Source: Lama glama (taxonomy: Eukaryota). From it: a stretch of 64,000 bases of DNA. Positions 51,346 through 64,000 of this stretch are shown in pieces. The notes under the pieces are model-generated. The model saw only the letters and a program-made list of their open reading frames with translations, ran no database searches and had not been told where the DNA came from. The DNA lies in contig CM052817.1 in NCBI GenBank assembly GCA_028534125.1, forward strand, positions 23,314,001 through 23,378,000. The letters are read 5' to 3'. Within the stretch, counting starts at the first letter, position 1. Each line of letters begins with the position of its first letter. Position numbers and translations under genes: made by a program.

Positions 51346-51515
51346 CAGAATTACCTCCTTTTTTAAGGTTGAATAATATTCTATTGTATGTATACACCAC
51401 ATCTTTAACCATTCTTTTGGCAATAGACATTAGGGTTGTTTCCACATCTATGCTATCATGATAATGCTGAAACAAACATGGGTGCATATGTCTCTTTGAG
51501 CTCCTGATTTCAAAA
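51346..51515 (-). mobile_element. L1 ORF2 C-terminal fragment abutting the gap
   Basis: Minus-strand peptide EWLKMWCIHTIEYYSTLKK. Confidence 0.8.
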
Positions 51516-52169
51516 ACAAACAGAAGCAACTGATAGCCTTTAGGAAAAGTCCTAAATCTATTAAAACTTTTTAAAAGGACTTCTGAGCCATCTTTATTTG
51601 AAGACTCTTTTATTGTTACCATTTTTAGGAAACACATGTTTGTATCTTCCAGGAATGTTGGTGAAATTTTCCTCATGTTTAGAATTTTTGGAATAATTCT
51701 AGTATGTTAGCACAAAAACTAATTTTTCTGATTGCTCCATGTTTCATATCAGTGATTATCTGATTTTCTTATTTCACATGTAAACGCATAATGGCATTAA
51801 ATGGCAGTAAAACATCATAGTTTTGGCAAGGCTTTGACTTTGCAAACTTCCTTTAGTTAACAGTTTAGGCCATTGTTCGTGTAAATGTACATCAAATCAG
51901 TAGAAAGGCTTTTGGTATTATTTGCTTGTTAAGTATATTTTTTTAAATTATGTGGCATACAATTTTCTTCTCCAGAAAGTTAAAAAAATGAGGAAAGTGC
52001 AAATGATCGAAGGATTCATAGATTAAGTAGGCCAAGAATAAACAGAGGATAGTGGAGACTACGACATTCTGGGACGTGCAGGCTTGTTTCATCTAAAAGG
52101 AAGAATCACCTCTGAATTCCACTGAACTGTTGTCATGTGGGAATGTGGTACCACTGCTGACAGTTATTC

Positions 52170-52570
52170 TGAATTCAAAGAATGAAGCAGGAATAAAGAA
52201 CAAATTGGTAGCACAGAAAATAGAATCAGTGATGTGGAGGGTCTACTTGAAAACAATGCCTCAGAATGCAGAGACAAAAGGCAAAATTATGGAGGAAAAG
52301 ACAGAGGCCATGCAATATATGGGATTGGCCGGCTATATCTCACATGGGGAAAATTAGGGTGTAAAATATTTTCATTGAGGTAACACAGATTAATACAGAA
52401 AATCATATCTGAAGGGAAGGACAATTTATTTTCTATAAAAGTTAAAAGAAAAATCTTCCTAGAGCCTAGGCATAAAAAAATTTGCTGTCAAGAAAAATCA
52501 ATCAATCAATAGACTCAGTCCATGATCAAATTGTTAGAAGACAATGGAATAAGATGTGCAAAGGTAAACA
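52170..52570 (+). mobile_element. HAL1/L1 ORF1-like ancient fragment
   Basis: gcacagaaaatagaatcagtgatgtggagg...cctcagaatgcagagacaaaagg resembles the coiled-coil region of HAL1/L1M ORF1. Confidence 0.4.
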
Positions 52571-53679
52571 TCATATAAACATGAGAAGTTAATCACATGC
52601 CCACACTTGCAGCACGAGGACACACTCCTTCACGGTCTCCGGGCCCCCGGTTTTTGCTGTGAGAGCTGAACTCCCAAGTCAGGCCTCCTTCCGTCTCCTT
52701 TTTGAGGCCATTCTAATGAGGTGTCTCTTCAAGGAAGCCTGAAAAACAAAACAAAACAAAACCCTGAGTGAAACAAAGCTTTGGCTTTCTATTGGGTAAG
52801 AATATAGCAGAAATCCTGACAGCAGCTACAGCAAATATAAATTAATTTTTGTTGTAGTGCCTTTGATTAAATATTAATTTAAATAGTATACATATATAGT
52901 CCAAAGCTTTGGCTCAATATAGCTGTTGGAAGACTTTCTACTCTCCTCTTTTTTCTTTTTTTTCAGTTGTCTCCTATGTTATAGTGCCCTGAATAGTGAG
53001 AAACTAATACAAATGTAATTCTCTAAAAATAGAAATTTCATAAAGTTTCAATTTTCAAGCCTTTATTATTTCGGCTAGTCATTATGGCTTAGGAGAACTA
53101 TTTTTTCCAATTTATGGTGTTCTATTTCTCTCTCTCTCTCATCTTTTTAATGTCTTGACTCTGAAATACATCCTAATAATTTGTGCGGATGTATATACAC
53201 ATGTGTAAACATATATGGCCCATTTGCATATATTACTATGAATTTCCATCATCCTTTTAGACAAATAAATACTTACAGGTAAAAAACTGAAATACTATTC
53301 AAACAAATAGAATCTGAGTGTAATTAAATGGATTTATTTGTGTGCATACATATGCTTTGAAATACGTGAAATAAAATACTACACATATATTTTGTGGTTT
53401 TGAAAGTCAACCTGCTTTAAGCTATCTATAAAATAACATAGATGTTCACTCTATATTTTTTACATTGAAACGTAACTATCACACTTCAAATTTGTGGTGA
53501 CCAATAGATGCACCCAATTACATGTCTTTGAATGAAAAGAAATACTCATGAGGCATTCCAGGATACAAAGTCGTAACAGTACAGAAGTTCGAGGATATGA
53601 TTAGACAGTTTTTTAAATTTTAAGAAGGATAGTGTCAAGTAAAGTGGCTGCTCAAAGCGAGGAAATACAGGTTGCTGAC

Positions 53680-54323
53680 TGTGTTAGTTTCCTAGAGCAC
53701 TCGTAAAAATAAATTACCTCTAAATAAGTGGCTTAAACAAATACAAATATATTCTCTCACTGTTCGGGAGACTGGAAGTGTGAAGTCAAAGTATCAGTAG
53801 TGCTAGCTAGACTCCCCATGAAGGCTTCAGGGAAGAATCTTTCATAGCTGTTTCTAGCTTCTGGTGGCCCCCTGGAATACTTGACATTCCAAGACTAGTA
53901 GCTACATCACTTCAATCTCTTCTTCCGTCTTCACATGGCATACTCTGTGTCCCCTCTCCTTTCCTATAGGGACATCAGTCATTGAATTTAGAACCATCTA
54001 ATCTAGTATCGCCTCACCTAAACTGATTACATCTGCAAAGACCCTGTTTTCTTTTAACATTTTTTATTGATTTATAATCATTTTACAATGTTGTGTCAAA
54101 TTCCAGTGTTCAGCACAATTTTTCAGTCATTCATGAACATATACACACTCATTGTCACATTTTTTTCTCTGTGATTTATCATAACATTTTGTGTATATTT
54201 CCCTGTGCTATACAGTGTAATCTTGTTTATCTAAGACCCTGTTTTCAAATAAAGTCACATTCACAGGTACCAGAAATTAGGACTCAAACATATCTTTGAG
54301 GGCACACAATTCAACCAGCTACA
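53680..54323 (-). mobile_element. MLT1C-like MaLR solo LTR, interrupted by a short L1
   Basis: tgtgttagtttcct...ttctagcttctggtggc...tcttcacatggc...ttacatctgcaaagaccct...cacaattcaacc. Confidence 0.85.
54052..54232 (-). mobile_element. 181-bp L1 3'-end insertion
   Basis: Antisense L1 3'UTR flanked by a perfect 14-bp TSD, aagaccctgttttc (54038-54051 / 54233-54246). Confidence 0.88.
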
Positions 54324-56559
54324 CTAATATCTAGACTTCTAAAAGAGATCAAAGTTCCCTCAAGGTAAGACTTAGAATTGCTTTGTACCCCAATATCAGA
54401 GTCTTAGAGCTACATCACTGAGCCAACTTCTGCAATTATTCAGAAGCCGGTCTTCAGAAGGAAAGGAAGTCAAAATTTTCTCCTCTCTACATCAGAAGTT
54501 TTAGACATCCAAAGTACTCAGTTCAGCCCAGGCAATAGTAAAAGTGAATCTCTGTGGAGTGGGCTGGCAGATTTCAGACTGGATTAAAAGTAAACCAGTC
54601 AGTTGTGGCAAAGGCAGAAAGACAGTTCAAAGGAATGACATCAGGAAATGTAATAAAAAATATATATTTCTAGTAACACATTGAAAATACATTTTTCAAA
54701 TCAATCAGAAAAATTACTTTATGTTTCAAGAGAGTAGACAACTGGAGGAAAATATCCTGCCTCAGTTAAGCAGAATGATCCTTTCTGAACACCTGCTTGA
54801 CACTACAGATTTCTTTATTTGTCTGAGTTAAATGCTATCCCTTCCAAAGTAAGAGCTGATAAAACTATCATAGAAGAAACGAGATAATCAGTGATGTGGA
54901 AACACCCACACTCTGATAATTGGCAAACAATAATCTTGAAGATGTTTCTTCTTCCAAGAGATGTATTTCTTTTAAAATATATGGATGTATTATATAAAAT
55001 ATGTCAGTGCAAGATCACTGATCTAAAAAGGCAGGAAAAAAAAGATCAATACAGAGTTGTCAAATGTGGAGTTTAATGCCTAATGACATGAGTTTTAGAA
55101 CCAGAGAAACCTCTATATCTTGGCTTTAGCACATAGGACGTGTGTAACTTTGGATAAGAAATTACCTGATCATTATAAGCCTCATTTTTGTCATATGCAC
55201 ACTTGAACAGTAATACAAATGTTGTGGTTGTAAGAAAATAGTTAATGTGTGTACATGTGTATGTTTACATCATAGCCTAAAAGCTTAACAAAAATGAAAG
55301 TTCAGCAGTTGTTATTTTTGCATTCATATTTTATGTCTATGAGAAATGTTTTCTAAAGGAAAGAGGAGGATTTTAATTTTGTCTCATATAGAAAATGTCT
55401 CTAAAGGACACGAAAGCTGTGATGAAAATGAAGTGGATCTGTGTGCAAGGAATGCAGACAAAATGAAAATTCAAACCTCAAATTAAATGTACAGCACAGG
55501 TAGAGCACAATTGTCAATGCTAAAAATAAAATTTAATACGTGAAAGGCAAAAATAAGTAATGCAGAGGAAAAGGTCACAGAGATACAAATAATGCTAGGC
55601 GTGGGAAGATTGCTGTAGTAAAGCATAATCCATACCCCTATTTTACAAAGAAGGAAATGAAATTCAGAAATACTGTGTGACTTTCCCAAGGTCACCAACA
55701 ACTGGCAGCTGAAGAAGCTGTTTCACAGCCAAAGGTAATTGCTGGGTGCTATCCCAGACTATGATAGCTCATTGAGTAGACAGTATTTCTGAACGTTAAC
55801 CATTAAATATGAACATTTCATTAAACATGACATTTGAGATTAAATCATTTCATGTGTTAAACAGCATTTATTTCAAAATATTTGCACAACATTTCCATTC
55901 TTCGTTTTATTAATGTTTAAGCCAGTTTCCCTATTGTTATCCCCTTAAAGGAAGTTCCGTAAACCATTCTTATCAATTCGTATTCATAAATTTTTGTTTC
56001 TTGATATATTTCTGTATGACTTTATGGTATCACCTGGGACAACAAAAGATGATTAAAGCATGGTCATTTTATAATCAGATTAGACATCGATCATGTATTT
56101 GAAAGCCTTCGTATACAAAAATGCCTCTTTCCTATAATTCTCTCCATTTAGAAGATACTAATATAATTGAGAAATGGTCTGAAACTAATATATGGTACTG
56201 CTATTTCATATGAATGCAATAATCTTTTGATATCTAAGGTTACTATGGCAAAATTATGTTGTGTTGACTAGAAAGCTATTAGTAACGACTGATGAAGTAT
56301 TGCTCACTTATTGAAGAGTAATTGAAAATATAAGAGTAAATTTTCTGATGAAGTGATAAATGTTATATATACTGCATTTTTAAACTAAAATTAATCTCTC
56401 AGTTCTAAGCAAGGAGTATTCCAGAGATCATTCTTTTTCCTATGAAAAATGTTTACAAAAATGTCTTTGGACTTGGGTATTTTTGCATGGTAAAGCAGTA
56501 AAGAAAGTGATTTGGCAGAAATCTAGCTGCTTTTTCCCCAAAGAAAAAGAAATAGTCAT

Positions 56560-57790
56560 TAATTTATCATTCTACAAATGCATTATATTTTTTACACATT
56601 TGGCAAGCACTGTTTTAGGAACTGAATTACAGGGAGAATGACAGCAGACAAGATCTCTCTCTCCGCATTGTTACAGAGATGGAAATTGGACAATAAACTA
56701 ATAATTGTATAAGGTAATTGAAGTTACTGGTAAGGACAGTAAGAAAATAAATAATGTAATATGTCAGACAGTAAATATCTGAGGTCTAAGATTCTTTAGC
56801 TTGGTCTTAAAAGGCATTTTTTTTAAGGCAATCTATGATCAAAAGCCTAAGTAATGAGATAAAGCCAGTTGTGAGAACACTTGGGGCCAGAGTGTCCTAG
56901 CTGAGGAAAGACCTTGAAGAAGGCAGGAGCTTGGCTAGAGTGATGTGGACATTGCTATGAACAAGCGGACTATGGGACCTGGGATCACAGAGGCCAACAG
57001 GAACCAGGCTGAGCAAGCCTCTACGAACCTAAAAAAAGAATTTTTCTTTAATTGGAGTATAGTCAGTTTACAATATTGTATCAATTCCTGGTGTACAACA
57101 TAATGTTCCAGTCATACATATGCATACATATATTCCTTATCATATTCTTTTTCATTATAAGTTACTATGAGATATTGAATATAGTTCCCTGTGCTATACA
57201 GGAGAAACTTGTTCATCTATTTTATATATAGTAGTTAGTATCTGCTAATCTTGAACTCCCAATTTATCCCTTCCTACTCCTTTCCCCTCTAGTAACTGTA
57301 AGTTTGTTCTCTATGTATATGAGTCTGATAAAGAAGTTAGATTCATATTTTAAGTATGATGGGAAGATAGTGGATGATGTTGAAATAGAGGATAACATGA
57401 TCTGCTTTACTATTTTTAATAAAGTTACTCTAGATGCTAAATAGGTGATGTACTAAGACAAGAATAGAAGCAAGGAGATCTTTTGGGATGGTTTTCAGTA
57501 CTTCAGCTGAGAGATGATGGTTTGGAATTATTTGAGAGGATGGAGAGAAGTGGTTGGATTTAGAATATATTTTGACAGCACAGACAATAAGGCTTGCTAT
57601 AGTCGAGATGTCAGGAGAAAAACAATGGATTCAAGGATGGTTCCCTGGGTTTACCTTGAGCATCTAGGAACACAGGAGTGGCATATATGGAGTTGGGGAA
57701 ATGGGGAAAGGAAGAGCTTTGAGGATGAATGTGAGAATATATCAAGAATTTGGTTTCTGACATTTAAATGTATTGCTATCTATTAGATGT
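56560..57790 (-). mobile_element. L2 fragment interrupted by a short L1
   Basis: cattctacaaatgcattatatt...ggcaagcactgttttagga, followed by a purine-rich L2-like body. Confidence 0.6.
57040..57327 (-). mobile_element. Short L1 3'UTR insertion
   Basis: gtatagtcagtttacaatattgtatcaattcctggtgtaca...gaatatagttccctgtgctataca, homologous to the copies at 34269 and 40548. Confidence 0.88.
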
Positions 57791-58879
57791 TTAAGTCCAC
57801 TTATGCCAAGTCTCTGTAATTATGGAAATGAGGAACCACAACTGAAGAAACAGAAATCTCAAACTCTAATAGCAAAGACTATTTGATTATTACAGCTGTA
57901 ACTCTCAGTAATTGACTATTTAAGAATGGTTAGATTGGCCTCAACAAAATTAGTCTATCTAACAATAATTCATTAATTATGACATCTCTATGTACTGTAC
58001 ATTTTAAATACCATTGTAATATTCCTAAAGCACCAAAATAATTCATAAAATATTTATCTGCCCTATATGAAGCTTTAAATATATTGGTATTATTATATAG
58101 ATGGGACCTCCTTTGTTCTCAAGGCAGTAAGAACACCAAGCTGATAGTCATATTAAATACACTATATATGATTAAGAATCAGATAATATAAATATGTCAT
58201 TTTATAATAATTTATATTTTTCCAAATACTTTTATTCCCTTAATAGCCCTAAGAAGTGAAGGCTAGTATTATTCTCATTCTTAACATGATAACAGGTCTA
58301 TGATGTTGACAGGTGCTGTTTTGTAGCCTGGTGAGTAAGGAGCCAATCCCTCCTGATTTCATCAGGGTGTAGACCTGTCTAGGCAGCTGATCTTCCCATG
58401 GATCCTGTGTGTTCTTTAGACTTAACATTTCAATGTTCTATGAATGTTTAGTCTGTATTAAAAAGGAATCTGAATAAATCATCTTAATTAAGTTCTTCAG
58501 CTACTACAAAAAACTCCAAAATTTTAGAGTTTTTTTATATAAAAATATTTGATATTTAATTTTAAAAATATAAAAAATAAGTAATGTTAAATATATAACT
58601 AAGCATATTCACCCTTAAATTAAAATTCCCCCCGAAATCTAAGTACCAATAAACCTATAAAACAAATGCCAAATCAAATGCAAATATCACCCCAGTCCAT
58701 TGCTAAACAACAGAAGGTGTTTTTATAAACTTGTATATATGTACGTGTATATAATGTAAATTGCATTATAATTTGTGATCTCTGAATCTGAATCACAATT
58801 TTAATTCCTTTTAAATTCAAAACAGTTGGTTTTAATTTTAAAATAGAAAACAGAATATTTCAAATATAGTTATGATATT

Positions 58880-59380
58880 TTGGTAGAGTACAAAAGTGGC
58901 CAAAAATTCTTATGTTTCACATATTATCACAAGTGAAATGAAACTTTATAGTGCCTCTCGTTAAAATGTGAAGACTTTCCCTACCCCTTGAATTGGATAA
59001 GGTTTTGTCATTTGCTTTGACCAATGGAAAGTAGCCATTTTGACACAGGCAAAAACCTTAAAAGTCTGAGGACTTTGAGGCCTGCCCTCTTACTAGCTTC
59101 TTGAATCCATCTGCCATGTGACAAGTCCAGGCTAGCCTGCTGGATGATTAGTACCACCATTGTTCCAGACAAAATCCATCAAATATAAAACATGTGAATG
59201 AGGCCATTCAGGGCAAAGCCAGTCTGTAGCTAACCCAAGTCTGTAGGGAGCCCAGGAGTGAACCCAGGGGAAATCAGCTGAACTTCAAGAGGAAAAACAT
59301 CATGCAGATCAATCATGAACGAAAATAAAATGTAAGCGGCACATTTGGGGATCTTTTGTCATGCAGCAAAACTTACCTGG
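58880..59380 (+). mobile_element. MLT1G/H-like MaLR LTR
   Basis: ccccttgaattgg...ttgctttgaccaatggaa...gccatgtgacaagtccaggctagcctgctggatga...ttgtcatgcagcaa. Confidence 0.7.
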
Positions 59381-61419
59381 CACTGTTTTGTCAGATATTT
59401 TAATAGCAATAAGCCAATTAATAGTTTTCAGGTAGTCCTCAAAATTATGTAAGTGTCTCTTTGGTGCTTTGCTGTGGTCTAGCATAGAAGCCATCCAGGT
59501 GGATTTATGTATCTTTATCTGTCTTACAGACAAGGGAAGATAGAACACAGCATACTGAATCAATGTACAAGTGTTCTTAAGTGGTTTTGTTTGACGGTGC
59601 AGCTGTGTTACGAATAATTTTTCCTCTATAATTAAAGAAGTATTTTTAAATATTATTTACAAGTAATTTGGTGTAAAATAGAAATTAAAGTTTCCCTTTC
59701 TGTCATTTCAGAAAATAAAAGGGGAAAATATAGTTTCACATGAAGTTATCTATGGTTATAATACACTGAGAAATGAAGAGAGGAGAGAGAAGGGAGGGAG
59801 AATGAGTCAAGTTTATATCACACAAGAAGGAAATGATGCTTAATATATATCAATAAATCTTTCCAAGCCTCATCCATTTAACATTAATGAACCTAGTTCT
59901 TTTCTTTTACCTTTAATTATTTTAACAGTCTCTGCCATATGCAAAATATAGAGAAATTAAAGCATAGGTGACCAGTTGAAAAGAAACACATACTCAGCAA
60001 GAAATGACTATGTTTTTGCAAGACTGCATTTTCAAATATATTCTAATGTGCTTGAGACCTGTAGTAGACGAGAAATATTGAAGTTAGCTTGTGCTTTAAA
60101 TTACCTTAAGGTTATCTAGGACATTCTTTGAAGGCAACCTAATAGGACACCGAGTGTTTTGTTAGATCTGCAATAAGCAGTTTTATTTTACATCAAACAG
60201 AGGTGAGTTTAATAGTTTGACCTAATTTCTTATGAACAGAGCTCTTTGTATAAAAAACTTGAGAAGATTTTGTTCTAGTGTACTCAAGGACATTAGGAAA
60301 ATAGCTCCCTGTTAAGGTTTTGCTTTCAGGGGTAAGAGTTGAACTAGTCTAAATGACCTGTTCTTCATAAAATGCCCTTTTAATTTGCTGATTTTGCTCC
60401 CAAGACATACAAGTCTGCTGATGTACTGATCACTAAGTTCTGTTGGGATAATTATTTCAGAATAATTTCCCTGAGTCACAAGGCAGGTCAAAAGGGGAAA
60501 AAAAAAAAAAAAAAAGAAAAAAACTTACAAAGTTTAATGCCTAAAGGAAGGGCATTAATTAATGATGTAGGCAAAATTTAAAAGGCAAGTTAACTCCAAA
60601 TCGTCGCTATGTTAAAATCATTGCTTACTTCTAAATACTTTATTCTGAGTCCCTGAAGGAAATAATCCCAAAAACATTTAGGATAAAATGTTTTATAAAC
60701 CAACTTACGTGTAAAAATTGGTGCCAGAGATATATGCTTTATCAATGTGGACAAGTCAGAGTTTGGGATGGACATGTTCAGACTTAACATATTTTATTAA
60801 TTTCTCCCCTTCCCAGTCAAATGTAATGTAGTTCATAGACATAAGTATTTCATCAAAATAATAAGATTTAAAAGAGGCTGAATATCACCATTCTGTCTAC
60901 AGTTTTGTCTGCAGGTAAATTTAGAGATTTGGTTATTAAAACTCATCACATTCAGAATCTCTATATGCCATACAAAACAGAGAGACAGAATTAACTATCA
61001 AATCTATCCCATTTTAATGGAATAAGATGCAAGATTTAAATTGTTTCTGAAAATAAATGAATACACCTTTGCACATATGTGTCACATGCCCTTATGAAAA
61101 TAATCAACAATTTGCAGACCCACTGAATCCAAGTTAAAAGAAAGAGCCTGGACCACTTTATTCCTCTTGTTTTAGTATAGTTATTTCATCTTAACAATAT
61201 CAAGAAGAATGTATCCTGTATTCACAGAGATTAAATAAATGCTGGATTATATATAGAAATGACCAATATTTAATGTATGATAGTTTTCACATACCTCTCT
61301 TGCCATCCAAAAAGTCACATATGCTAATAGTCTTATTCAGATTAAATGATTTATTCAATAATTTGAACTCGTTTTTTAAAGTTCATATAAATATGCTGTC
61401 CCCAAATTGTTCATATAAA

Positions 61420-61624
61420 AAGATTTTGGCAATTTACTTTTCCTATAACTGGCCAGATGGTAAATTTGTCCTGTTTTATGGGGCATACAATTTGCATAGC
61501 AACTCAGCTGCTGTAGCACAGAAATAACCACAGATATTACATTAAAAAAAAATGTGTGTAGCTGTTTTCCAATAAAACTTTATTTACAAAAACAAGCAGG
61601 TTGGTCCACTTTTGCCAGTCTCTG
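61420..61624. mobile_element. MER58A-like hAT-Charlie MITE
   Basis: ggccagatggtaaat...actcagctgctgtagcacagaaa...ccaataaaactttatttacaaaaacaagcagg. Confidence 0.8.
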
Positions 61625-64000
61625 TTAATGAATATGAGTACCCTTAGAGATGTTAGTTGGATGGTGAAATACGTCTATTTTCAAAAAGGCCTGGATAATT
61701 CAGCAAAATACATCCCTTCTTTGAGTTCTGTCACATATTAGCGTATCAAAAGTTCTAAGATTAGTTTTAAGAAATCTCTCAGAATCTCTTAAACACAGAA
61801 TTTTTTCATATTATCGATAACTTGACCCTTTTAAAAACTGGACTTTTTAGCTATTACTGAAATACACAAGTGATGTCAGTAATTCATGTTATCAAATCAG
61901 CAACTATTGATCATACAATTTTAATAGTAACTTAAAAAATATGTATCAACTGCAGTTCTTACAGAAGTCCATTTCAAGACACCTTGGGCAAAGGAAAGGA
62001 GAAATTATTGAATTACATAATTAAAAAGTTTTCTTCCTAGGTATATGTTTGTACCAAAGTGAAGGAAGAGCTCTGACTAGCAGAACCTAAGATATAGGTC
62101 TTTCCCTGGTGTGGATCAAGGATGGTGACATCACAGGGACTACAAGTATTGTTTCCCCACAGGAAAGACATATTTATCCACGAGTAAGGGGGTTAACTAA
62201 AGTTATAATCATTCCATTCCATTTCCAGACTCATTTTATATCATCCTAGCAATTTTTCAGTAGTAGTTAATATTCATCATGAGATATGATAACTAAGATT
62301 AAACTTCGTCTTTCAAAAGAGCTACATGAATACCAAAACCTTCCTATAGATTTATTTAAGTCCTAAAGATAATTGTTATTCATTTCTTTCCAAATATATC
62401 TGACTGATACACTCCCACAGGTTAATAGACCTCAGTTTGTGTTAACAGACACCTTGTTTGTTCCTTCTTTTAGCAGAAAATCTATAGTTTTTATTGTAAA
62501 AGTAAAATAAATACACTGTATATATTGAGCCATAAGTATCAATATTAGGTGAGCTAAATGGCTATGAAATAATTTTTTTAAAGGGTGGTTGAGGACAATT
62601 AATTTTACCAAAGGACTTTCAGGTAGTATTATGCAATTTGGTTAATTTTACATTGATAATTAAAAACGTTCCTAATGATTTCATGATTGTCTTCCTAAGA
62701 TTGGTCAATTTGGTAATAGTGAATTATCCTTTAAATTAAAATTTTAAGAAGGAATCAGTGGGGTATTTGCCAGTGAATTTTAGAAGAGACAGGCATAAGC
62801 AAATGCCTTCCAACCATGGACACATACAATACAAGGAAGATGTAGAGTGAGAGTCATTAAATAATCAAGAACTGACTGATGAACAATTGATAATAATGTA
62901 AGGTGAATCTGAAAATATAGGAAATACTACCTTTAAACACATTTTGATGTGATTTTAAAGTTTAATCAGTTTAATCATGCAATTCAGTCCTTATTTTTAT
63001 AGTTTCTTCCATATAATTTTTAGAACTCCTAGCTTACCAATGGTAACTTTCAATTTACTGTTAGTCTTTAATAGACCAAAAGTTAGAGGTACTTATTATG
63101 CAGAAAAATAATTAAAACCTATGATTTAAATGGACTAAAAGAGACTTCTCAGAGCAAAATGTTATACATAATTACATAAACTAAATTAAATAACATGTAG
63201 CCCCCGAATTTGTAGCAGACACAAATTACTACAAAAAGAAACTATGAATTTCAACTTATGCTATTATTCAAAATCTCCTAGGTAAAGTTTACAGGCTAAA
63301 AGAGTAGTTAATGTAATTAAATATGCCAGAATGTTCGGTAATGAGGCCAGAGATCAAAACTAATCATATGAATTATGAACAGAAAAGAACCTGGAGGGCT
63401 ATGATGATGCGAATATAAAGAATTAAAACTAAAATTACGTGAACTGTGGTTTCCAGAATCAAGGAAAATAAGATGAGAAAAAGAAAAATATATGTAGTCA
63501 TTCTCCAACCATTGATACATTTTAACTCTTTCTTATATATTTTATTCACTCAACTAACTCTTATTTTTATTGTGCACTATTATATGTACCCCAAATAACT
63601 AAAACACTTAATGAACCAGATCCTGTAGCTTGAACCAGAAAGTCAAGAAACTCAAGGGAGCTGTAACTCAACCCAAGTTTTTCCTAGAACGAATGTGTAA
63701 AAATTGTAATAGGTTTCTTACTTTATTTTCCACCAAGCAAATGTTTTTAAGAACTCCTCCTCGCCCATCTCAAGTCTTCAAGTCCCTTGTAAGCAGATGT
63801 CACATTTTCCCTTATTAATCAGGGAGTTTTTCCTTCATTTGCTTCTACTTTTTCTTCATACCTGATTTTGGGGGTATCTCCTATATCAATATCTTGTAAC
63901 TAGATTATTTTATATTAATAACTCCTATAAATTGCATCATTGTGAAGGAAGTGGTGGTATTTGTCTGAGCTCCCTGAATGCTATATGTGGTATGACCACA

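Noticed and set aside
50716..51676. Long ORFs of 200-280 aa
   Set aside because: Artefacts of translating through the 500-N gap.
62660..62940. Possible Tigger transposase remnant (ELTDEQLI-like peptide)
   Set aside because: The resemblance is too short and weak, and I found no terminal inverted repeats.
1..64000. Short ORFs in the six-frame track as genuine genes
   Set aside because: They are 60-150 aa, often start at non-ATG codons, and are compositionally biased. The only recognisable peptides are decayed EEF1A1 and L1 ORF2 fragments.

Overview
This is AT-rich, CpG-depleted mammalian genomic DNA, not prokaryotic. Two tRNA-derived SINEs resemble the vic-1 type, which points to a camelid (alpaca or camel). 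I recognise no intact protein-coding gene, so the window looks intergenic or deep-intronic and is dominated by transposon relics (L1, L2, MIR, MaLR/MLT, ERV LTRs, hAT MITEs). There is a 500-N assembly gap at 50846-51345. The only recognisable gene-derived sequence is a disabled, intronless EEF1A1 retrocopy (38829-~42339). It starts at the 5'TOP cap site, appears to extend ~570 nt past the usual proximal poly(A) site, sits inside an L2, and is itself split by an L1 that duplicated the poly(A) signal. Other notable structures are a young CpG-rich solo LTR with a perfect 5-bp TSD (17597-18022), a MER41-like LTR with an intact GAS motif, an L1 with two internal deletions, and two twin-primed L1 inversions. 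I found no evidence of a novel multi-gene system. Repeat family names come from recalled consensus sequences, not a database search, and many boundaries are approximate.
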